Virus record (IMG/VR): IMGVR_UViG_3300032269_000201
Span: 1-40,938 of that record
Origin: a virus
Lineage: Duplodnaviria; Caudoviricetes
DNA: 40,938 nt
Strand: one strand, 5' to 3'
Part shown: positions 8,548-15,445 of the stretch, in pieces
How the letters are laid out: the number at the start of each line of letters is the position of its first letter
How positions within the stretch are numbered: the first letter of the stretch is position 1
Notes under the pieces: model-generated
Seen by the model: the letters and a program-made list of their open reading frames with translations, nothing else
Databases searched by the model: none
What the model was told of the DNA's origin: nothing
Position numbers and translations under genes: made by a program

Positions 8548-8596
8548 GTTCTGTTCTCCTGTCTAAGGTGGGCGGTGTGCCTTACCTTGTGCCTCA

Positions 8597-8651
8597 ATGG
8601 TGCCATGAACACCGCGCCTTCTCAAGGATTGAGGCTGTGAGTTTGCTCACA
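8597..8651 (-). promoter_or_regulatory. Early promoter TTGAGA-17-CACCAT with perfect CRP-like box
   Basis: -35 at 8625-8620; TGTGA-gtttgc-TCACA at 8636-8651. Confidence 0.65.
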
Positions 8652-8657
8652 TCTGTA

Positions 8658-8792
8658 TTAAGACACACTCACAATTCTTACCGATTGCTTAAGGCTCTCG
8701 GCTATCTTGCGAAACTCTGCGAACTTTTCTGCGCTGAGTGTGTTCTTAGATTCCAGACCGCTTGCGCTGTATAGGTTGAAAGTAATTTTCAT
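8658..8792 (-). CDS. Small hypothetical protein (44 aa, MKITFNLYSA...)
   Basis: Translated by hand; GAAAGG RBS; stop codon inside the motif. Confidence 0.7.
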   Translation of the reverse strand: MKITFNLYSASGLESKNTLSAEKFAEFRKIAESLKQSVRIVSVS

Positions 8793-8923
8793 TTGTTATT
8801 TACCTTTCTTAATACATAATGAGGATTAACTTCTTTTTTTGTCCAGCCTTTTTCTTTTGTCCAGTAGTATTCGAACTCGGTTTCATGCGCTTCTATCCAC
8901 TCTACCCATGTGAAAGTTGTCAT
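8789..8923 (-). CDS. Small hypothetical protein (44 aa, MTTFTWVEW...)
   Basis: Translated by hand; ATGA overlap. Confidence 0.65.
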   Translation of the reverse strand: MTTFTWVEWIEAHETEFEYYWTKEKGWTKKEVNPHYVLRKVNNK

Positions 8924-8926
8924 GTC

Positions 8927-9301
8927 TTAAGCCACATCTTTCTCGCGCTTTAGCGTAATTGGTAGGTGTTCGTCAAAGTCTGCGAAATAAACCCAGCCCT
9001 TGCCCTCCTCGTAAAGGTAGGCATACTCCTCGCCTGCGTTGAAATTGTCCAGCCAATCTTGAACGCCATTAAAGGTGCGTGCCTTGTCGCTGTCATTGTT
9101 ATAGGCTCCAGCCTTTGTCTCCTCTAGTGTCTCCATGAGTGAGGAGAAACCGCCTAGCGCGATGAGTTCCTCTGCCTGTGCCTTGCTGTTGTAGTTGTCA
9201 ATCAAGCCCAGTCCGACACCGCTTGGGTATCCGTCCCAATGGCAGTAAATTGCGCGAACTGTGTCGCCTTCTTTGATTCCAATTGTGCTTCGTGTTGCCA
9301 T
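8927..9301 (-). CDS. Conserved phage protein of unknown function (MATRSTIG...YCHWDGYP type)
   Basis: GACAGGGGA RBS before ATG 9301; YCHWDGYP and EEYAYLY motifs. Confidence 0.8.
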   Translation of the reverse strand: MATRSTIGIKEGDTVRAIYCHWDGYPSGVGLGLIDNYNSKAQAEELIALGGFSSLMETLEETKAGAYNNDSDKARTFNGVQDWLDNFNAGEEYAYLYEEGKGWVYFADFDEHLPITLKREKDVA

Positions 9302-9364
9302 TCTTTTTTCCCCTGTCTTAATACCTAACGGGATACTTTCCCGCTTGGTTTCTTGCTTGGTGTA

Positions 9365-9420
9365 AGTCAATCGCCTCGCGCCATGCGTGTCAAGCATTTA
9401 GCGGTGTGATTCTGCTCACA
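9365..9420 (-). promoter_or_regulatory. Early promoter TTGACA-17-TTGACT with perfect CRP-like box
   Basis: -35 at 9393-9388; TGTGA-ttctgc-TCACA at 9405-9420; flanks resemble the 7736-7790 promoter. Confidence 0.75.
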
Positions 9421-9481
9421 TCGTGCCCCCGTGAGTCGTGAACTCGCGCCGACTTATCGGGCGGGGGCGTTCTGTCTTAAG

Positions 9482-10123
9482 TCATGCCTCCTTGAAGATT
9501 TCCTCGCATTGGTTACATGTCACGCCAGATTCAAGGACACCGCGAGAAAGTCGGATTACATTCTCACATTCGCACATTGCCTTGATTAGGTTGGTGTTTC
9601 TGCCTTTCTTCTTAGCCTGCTCGCCACCAAGGGCGGTGATGTCAAAAGCATTTGAAAGGATAGTAAGGGCTTTCTTCCAACGCTTAGCACCAAAATCGGT
9701 GAGAGTTGTTGAGGCGTGTCCCTTGCCCTTAATCTCGTGAGTTTCTAGCCCTAACGCCTCCGCTTGAGCCTTGAATTTAGCGTTGTGATATTGATTCGAA
9801 GAACAATCCTCGATTCCATTCATGTGATTGATTGAGTGAGCCACCTCATGGAGCAGGGTTGAAAGTAGTTCTTCTGGTGTTGTGAAATGTTCAAGGTTGA
9901 AAGCAATCTCGTTGAAAGATTCCTCGCCTGCTTGCCAAGGGGTGTAAGGGGTGAAATGTCCCTTTGCGCCCTTGAGGTTGCGGGTCACTAGCAAAGTTGC
10001 GCGGGGTGCGCCTGTTTCTGTCTTAATAACCTCGTGAGCCTGCTCAAGCGCCTTGGTAAGCGTTGAGAGTGCCTCCGCCTTGCTTGCCTTGCCTGTTGCC
10101 TTGGTTGCTGTTGTTGCGGTCAT
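9482..10123 (-). CDS. SprT-like zinc metalloprotease with C-terminal zinc ribbon
   Basis: TLLHEVAH (HExxH), YHN..F, CxC...CxxC. Confidence 0.85.
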   Translation of the reverse strand: MTATTATKATGKASKAEALSTLTKALEQAHEVIKTETGAPRATLLVTRNLKGAKGHFTPYTPWQAGEESFNEIAFNLEHFTTPEELLSTLLHEVAHSINHMNGIEDCSSNQYHNAKFKAQAEALGLETHEIKGKGHASTTLTDFGAKRWKKALTILSNAFDITALGGEQAKKKGRNTNLIKAMCECENVIRLSRGVLESGVTCNQCEEIFKEA

Positions 10124-10170
10124 GGTCTTATCTCCTGTCGTGTCTTAAGCCCTTGTGACTTAATACCCTC

Positions 10171-10242
10171 AAGGTACAAGCGGGGCGGGCAGGCTGTCAA
10201 TAGGATAATGCGGGCAATTCGGACATTGTGAGGAACATCACA
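10171..10242 (-). promoter_or_regulatory. First early promoter TTGACA-18-TACCTT with perfect CRP-like box
   Basis: -35 at 10200-10195; TGTGA-ggaaca-TCACA at 10227-10242. Confidence 0.78.
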
Positions 10243-10283
10243 TTGCCACGCTCACACGCTTAGCCGTCTCGCATAGTGAGACA

Positions 10284-10462
10284 GGCAAGCAAGCAAGCGC
10301 GCTCATGCTTCCCCGAATCCCCCCCGCGAATGAGGGCGCGCTGTTCTAGTAGTCGCCGCGTTAAGTGATAACCCGCAAAGCAAAGCAAGCAAGCAGGCAA
10401 GCAAAGCGGGACAGCAAAGCGGGCAGAGTGTTTATTAGGGGAGCGAACGACAGGGAGCGAAC
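10284..10462 (+). repeat. Short tandem repeats (GCAA/GCAAA)n, GCAAAGCGGG x2, GGGAGCGAAC x2
   Basis: Read directly in the divergent non-coding region. Confidence 0.85.
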
Positions 10463-10591
10463 CCAGGGTTTTTAAATATGCGTGCGACAGTGTGTATATG
10501 TATGTAGTCACATAAGTTTGATAGGGGAGGGGGTTCTGACCAGCACTTTTAGTACAGTGGCATATATAACAAAAAATATATTAAAAAAAGA

Positions 10592-10629
10592 TGTCCAATT
10601 AGTGTCCTTTGGACACCTAATACTATAGT
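10592..10629 (+). promoter_or_regulatory. Candidate late promoter: GTGTCC-ttt-GGACAC inverted repeat before a TACTAT/TATAGT -10
   Basis: AT-rich tract upstream; lies ahead of the terminase gene. Confidence 0.45.
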
Positions 10630-10780
10630 GTAGGGCTTTAGTTATTACGCCCTACCGCTAAGCATTGGCAGCCCAGAGGCTGCCCCTACATTACGCCCTA
10701 ACCTACGGCTTCCGCTAGGGCTACAGCCTACGGTTAGGAAAGGATAAACTGCGATTCTAACATAAAGCGGAATCGCTACT

Positions 10781-12649
10781 ATGCCTATGGAAACAAAAAG
10801 AATTAACTCGCAAACTAAAAATGCGGATGCTATTAAAAAGCAAATCATTGAATTCCTTATGGAAGGCTACTCTGTCCAGAAGGCTATGGATGCGGTCGGT
10901 CGGTCCGTCAAGACCTACGAATACTACCGTAAGACCGATGAGACCTTCCGTACTCAGATAGACAAGGTGCGGTCTATGACCGCCCGTGGCGAACTACAGA
11001 CAGGTACCGTAGAGGTGCCACCGTTCCCAGAGTTCTCATCTAAGTACCTTGGGGTAGAAGTCTTTACCCATCAAAAGCACTGGATTGATTTACTGGAGGG
11101 TACACCCCCCTCCGATATACACCCTAGCATCATCTATGAGCCTGGGGATAAAGATTTAATTATTGTCAATACCCCACCTGAGCACGCTAAGTCTACGACC
11201 ATTACCGTCAACTACGCGCTCTACCAGATTTGCCGTAACCCAAATATAAGAATCTTGGTTGTATCCAAGACTCAGGCTATGGCACAAAAGTTCCTGCTCT
11301 CCATTAAGAACAGACTCACCCATCCTCGTTATCAGGACTTACACCTCGCCTTTGGACCTCCAGGCGGCTTTGAAAAGAACTCTGATTCGTGGAAGCAGGA
11401 CTTAATTTACCTATCCTCAGAGGCTCGTAACTCTGGTGAGAAGGACCCAACGGTACAAGCCATTGGTATTCGTGGACATATCTACGGTGCTCGTGCTGAC
11501 CTAATTATCATGGATGACTGTGTTGACCATACCAACGCCCATGAATACGAGAAACAGATTGACTGGATTCAATCCGAAGTTATGTCGCGTATTGACAATG
11601 ACGGGGGTAAGTTACTTGTCGTTGGCACTCGCCTACGCCCAAGGGATTTGTATTCAGAACTCCGCGACCCTATGCGCTATCCAGATGAAACTTCACCCTG
11701 GACATATTTTGCACAACCTGCGGTCTTAGAATTTAAAGATGAGTACAAAGACTGGGTAACACTCTGGCCCAAGACTAATATGCCTCCCGTCTCAGGTAAG
11801 GGCATCCCCGATTCCGAGGGACTCTATACCAAATGGGATGGCGAGGCGCTTCACAAAAAGCGTGGTCGTATGTCACCGAACTTGTGGGCAATGGTTTACC
11901 AACAGCAACAGGTGCACGAAGATTCTGCTTTCCCCGCTGCAGCAATCAAGGGTGTTATTAATGGCGCTCGTAACATTGGTTTGATTCCAAAAGGTAAGGC
12001 GGGCAACCGACATGAAGGCATGGATGGTCTGGTCGTTGTGGCTGGACTGGACCCTGCTATGTCTGGTTATACCGCTGCTGTCTGTATTGCTTTAGATATC
12101 AATACCCAGAAGCGTTATCTATTAGATGTATCAAATGTACCTGGTATGAAACCAGATGACATTAGAACTTTAATAAAAGACTGGACTGACAAGTACAAAA
12201 TTTCTGAGTGGCGTGTAGAGAAAAATGCATTTCAAGCAATGTTAACTCAGGACCGTGAGGTACGGGAATACCTATCGGCTAGAGGTGCAACACTGCGCGA
12301 ACACCATACAGGACAAAATAAATGGGACACCGACTTTGGTGTTGCATCTCTAACCACATTATTCCATGGGTATGAAGAAGGTAGTAACTTAATTGAGTTC
12401 CCTTCTACTCATGCTTCCGAAGGACTTAAGGCTCTTATTGAGCAATTAGTTACTTGGTATCCAGATGCTCCTAAGTCACAAAAGACTGACTGCGTTATGG
12501 CTTTCTGGTTTACAGAACTAGCAGTGCGTGACCGTATTAATAGCGCAAATGTTTATGCTCGCAATCATAATCGTCAATCCATGTTTCATACGCGGTACGA
12601 CAAATCTCAACAGTCGGTAATTTCTTTATCTGACTTAATAACAATCTAA
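10781..12649 (+). CDS. terL: Terminase large subunit with N-terminal HTH extension
   Basis: Walker A PPEHAKST, Walker B IIMDD, VGTR, YQQ, nuclease GLDPA and D.VMA. Confidence 0.92.
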   Translation: MPMETKRINSQTKNADAIKKQIIEFLMEGYSVQKAMDAVGRSVKTYEYYRKTDETFRTQIDKVRSMTARGELQTGTVEVPPFPEFSSKYLGVEVFTHQKHWIDLLEGTPPSDIHPSIIYEPGDKDLIIVNTPPEHAKSTTITVNYALYQICRNPNIRILVVSKTQAMAQKFLLSIKNRLTHPRYQDLHLAFGPPGGFEKNSDSWKQDLIYLSSEARNSGEKDPTVQAIGIRGHIYGARADLIIMDDCVDHTNAHEYEKQIDWIQSEVMSRIDNDGGKLLVVGTRLRPRDLYSELRDPMRYPDETSPWTYFAQPAVLEFKDEYKDWVTLWPKTNMPPVSGKGIPDSEGLYTKWDGEALHKKRGRMSPNLWAMVYQQQQVHEDSAFPAAAIKGVINGARNIGLIPKGKAGNRHEGMDGLVVVAGLDPAMSGYTAAVCIALDINTQKRYLLDVSNVPGMKPDDIRTLIKDWTDKYKISEWRVEKNAFQAMLTQDREVREYLSARGATLREHHTGQNKWDTDFGVASLTTLFHGYEEGSNLIEFPSTHASEGLKALIEQLVTWYPDAPKSQKTDCVMAFWFTELAVRDRINSANVYARNHNRQSMFHTRYDKSQQSVISLSDLITI

Positions 12650-12659
12650 GGGGAATAAA

Positions 12660-12869
12660 ATGGCAACAAAACCAGTCAAGATTACTGGAACAGCAACTGG
12701 AACTAAAAATTCAAAAGCAGTTAATTTTCAAGATACTCAAAAAATTAACAAGACTGCAACTAAAATAACTGCACCTATTAAGAAAACAGTACCAGCACCA
12801 ACTGCAGCAAAGTCAAATGCAATGATTAAAAATGGTATGCAAATGGGCAGTCGCGCAGGTAAGAAGTAA
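12660..12869 (+). CDS. Small Lys/Thr-rich basic protein
   Basis: AAGGGG RBS; low-complexity basic sequence. Confidence 0.75.
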   Translation: MATKPVKITGTATGTKNSKAVNFQDTQKINKTATKITAPIKKTVPAPTAAKSNAMIKNGMQMGSRAGKK

Positions 12870-12904
12870 TTTTAAAATCCCTTTAAACAAGATAGGAGGT
12901 GAAC

Positions 12905-14722
12905 ATGGCGCTATCTATTGACGAAATCAAAGATACTTACGACCGTTACCGCCGTATGTATGATGACCGTGACCAGAGAATGAATCAAGTACTTCTGGTT
13001 CGTCAAGGAAAAATGCGTGATGTTTACCCAGATTTATTCCCCGATGGTCCTTTTGAAAATCCTATCGTTGCGAATATGGTGGATATTGCTGCCCGTGATT
13101 TATCAGAAACTATTGCGCCTTTGCCTGCGTTTAACTGTAACTCTACCTCTATGGTATCTGAGGCAGTACGCAGAAAGGCTGACAAGCGTGAAGAAATTGT
13201 TAACGGCATAGTTGACTTCTCTGATTTGCAATCACAGATGTTTGTGGCTGCAGACCGTTATGTTACCTACGGTTTCGTACCTGCTCAGGTTGAGATTGAT
13301 TACGATGCCCAGATGCCACGCATCCGTTTCTTTGATTCACTAGGTTCATACCCAGTAATTGACCGTTTTGGTCGCTGCACAATGTTTTTCCAGCGCATTA
13401 ACAAACCAACTCAGGAACTGATGGCTCAGTATCCAGAGATTGCTCATTTGATTTATGACAAGAATACTCAATCAACTATGTCTGAAATCGTACGCTTTCA
13501 CGATAAAGACCAGGATGTTTTATTCTTACCTCAACGCAGCAATCTAGTTCTTGACCGTGCTACTAACCCAATGGGTGAGTGCATGGTTCGTATTGTACGC
13601 CGACCATCTATTGATGATATGGCGCGAGGACAGTTTGATGATGTATTAGCAATTCAAGTTGCTAAGGCTCGTTACGCACTGCTTTCTTTGGAAGCAGCAA
13701 CCAAATCAGTACAGGCACCGATTGCGATGCCTCAGGATGTACAGGAGTTAGCCCTTGGACCAGATGCAATTATGCGTTCCAGCAAGCCTAACGAAATTCG
13801 CAGAGTCCCGCTTGAACTACCTGCTAACACTTTCCAACAGCAGCATGTTCTTGAAAGCGAATTACGCCTAGGTTCACGCTATCCAGAATCTCGTACTGGT
13901 AATTCAGATGCTTCAATCATTACAGGTCGTGGTGTTCAGGCACTTATGGGTGGTTTTGATACACAAATCAAGACAGCGCACTCAATGTTTGCTCGCACAT
14001 TTACAGAGTTAATGGCTTTAGCACTTAAGACAGATGAAAAAATCTTTGGTAGCAAAGAAAAGACATTAGAAGGTATCTTTAACGGTACCCCGTACAACAT
14101 TAAGTACAAGCCAAGTCGTGATATTGCTGGCGACTACACCGTAGATGTGCAATACGGACTCATGGCAGGGCTAGACCCAAACCGCGCACTGGTATTTGGA
14201 CTGCAGGCTCGTGGAGATAAGTTAATCTCACGCGATTTCCTACGCCGTCAGATGCCTTTTAACTTCAACGCAACTCAAGAAGAAGAAAAAGTTGAAACAG
14301 AAGAACTACGCGATGCCATGAAACAGGCTATTGCCTCTTATGCACAAGCAATTCCAGCACTTGCCTCACAAGGACAAGACCCATCAGACATTTTGATGAA
14401 ACTTTCTACAGTAATCAGCGAACGCCAAAAGGGAACAGCAATTGAAGATGCTATCCAAAAGGCATGGGCACCTAAGAATCCCCCACCCGCTGCTACCCCT
14501 GCAGAAGTAAGTCCTCAAATGGGGCAACCAGGTGCGGTTCCAGCGGGTGCGGGGCAAGAGTCACTACCTCCAGGCTTAACGCCTACGGGTCGTACGCAGG
14601 GAGTCGCTGCAGGGCAGATTGCGCCAGGCGGTAGACCAGATATTCAATCACTATTGGCATCTCTTGGTGCTCGTGGTGAACCTAACCTACAAGCAACTGT
14701 CGCACGGCGACTACCTATTTAA
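12905..14722 (+). CDS. Portal protein (head-tail connector)
   Basis: Position after terminase, about 600 aa, Pro/Gln/Gly-rich C-tail; AGGAGGT RBS. Confidence 0.85.
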   Translation: MALSIDEIKDTYDRYRRMYDDRDQRMNQVLLVRQGKMRDVYPDLFPDGPFENPIVANMVDIAARDLSETIAPLPAFNCNSTSMVSEAVRRKADKREEIVNGIVDFSDLQSQMFVAADRYVTYGFVPAQVEIDYDAQMPRIRFFDSLGSYPVIDRFGRCTMFFQRINKPTQELMAQYPEIAHLIYDKNTQSTMSEIVRFHDKDQDVLFLPQRSNLVLDRATNPMGECMVRIVRRPSIDDMARGQFDDVLAIQVAKARYALLSLEAATKSVQAPIAMPQDVQELALGPDAIMRSSKPNEIRRVPLELPANTFQQQHVLESELRLGSRYPESRTGNSDASIITGRGVQALMGGFDTQIKTAHSMFARTFTELMALALKTDEKIFGSKEKTLEGIFNGTPYNIKYKPSRDIAGDYTVDVQYGLMAGLDPNRALVFGLQARGDKLISRDFLRRQMPFNFNATQEEEKVETEELRDAMKQAIASYAQAIPALASQGQDPSDILMKLSTVISERQKGTAIEDAIQKAWAPKNPPPAATPAEVSPQMGQPGAVPAGAGQESLPPGLTPTGRTQGVAAGQIAPGGRPDIQSLLASLGARGEPNLQATVARRLPI

Positions 14723-14739
14723 GGGGAGGAGGAAAAACC

Positions 14740-14928
14740 ATGGCATTTGGAAACCCAGTAAAGCCAAAGAACCAACCTGGCAAAGGCTCAAAGCCTGCTA
14801 ATCAGGGCGGAATGGCAAAGCCAAACATTGCACAGCCAGTAAAGACAGGTGTGCCTAAGGGTGGCAAGCCTAAGGCATCAGTAACAATGTTAACAAAGCA
14901 ACCATCAGGTACTCGCGGTTCAAAGTAA
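14740..14928 (+). CDS. Small Lys/Pro/Gly-rich basic protein
   Basis: Strong GGAGG RBS. Confidence 0.75.
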   Translation: MAFGNPVKPKNQPGKGSKPANQGGMAKPNIAQPVKTGVPKGGKPKASVTMLTKQPSGTRGSK

Positions 14929-14934
14929 TTAAAA

Positions 14935-14990
14935 AAATCCTGGGCACGATTTAAAACTGCCCACTAATAACCGCTCTTATAGCGAAGGAT
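14935..14990 (+). ncRNA. Predicted H-type pseudoknot plus hairpin in an intergenic leader
   Basis: S1 AAAUC/GAUUU, 1-nt L1, S2 UGGGCA/UGCCCA; then CGCU/AGCG hairpin before the RBS. Confidence 0.5.
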
Positions 14991-14995
14991 AAACA

Positions 14996-15445
14996 ATGGC
15001 AACAGAAGCAGCAAAGAATTTCCAAATCTCCGCCACAGGTGGAGCAGGTAGTGCAGGACAACCACAGCAATATGCTGCTGGCATTGACCGTGCACAAGAT
15101 TTTATGGAATTACAGTCATCTGCAAAGATGAATAAGTCAGGTGTATCGCTCCCTCAGGGTCGTAGCGGTGGAGCACCTGTTATGAATATGGGCGCAGAGA
15201 AGCGCACTCCTCTTACTGAACTTAAAGGTGACCCATCTGAACCAGTATCTACTGGTGCTGCCATGGGACCAGGGGCTGGACCAGAAGTTTTAGCATCAAC
15301 AGCAGGACTTGCAGCACAGTCAAATGAAGATATGGCTAAATTAGCAGCCCTTCTTCCTATCTATGCTCGTATTGCTGAAATGCCAAGTGCAAGTAATGCA
15401 ACACGCAACTATTACCGTTGGCTTAGAAGTCAAGTGACTACCTAA
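14996..15445 (+). CDS. Putative virion protein
   Basis: Late-operon position; GAAMGPGAGPE motif. Confidence 0.7.
   Translation: MATEAAKNFQISATGGAGSAGQPQQYAAGIDRAQDFMELQSSAKMNKSGVSLPQGRSGGAPVMNMGAEKRTPLTELKGDPSEPVSTGAAMGPGAGPEVLASTAGLAAQSNEDMAKLAALLPIYARIAEMPSASNATRNYYRWLRSQVTT

Larger units (their letters stand above)
5747..10148. repeat. Dense cluster of the dispersed TGTCTTAA/TTAAGACA motif (18 exact copies here, at least 35 genome-wide)
   Basis: Copies at 5747, 6108, 6261, 6394, 6935, 7257, 7421, 7604, 7795, 7915, 8227, 8281, 8658, 8923, 9314, 9473, 10019, 10141. Confidence 0.92.

Noticed and set aside
5747-10148. CRISPR-like array or attachment sites formed by the TTAAGACA repeats
   Set aside because: Repeats are 8-12 bp, irregularly spaced, in both orientations and often inside genes; no integrase or transposase recognised
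10260-10848. Minus-strand ORFs 10260-10511 and 10645-10848
   Set aside because: They translate repeat or promoter DNA, lack an RBS, and one overlaps terL on the opposite strand
14926-14967. Stop-codon readthrough stimulated by the pseudoknot
   Set aside because: The readthrough frame stops again at 14965-14967, so no fusion protein results
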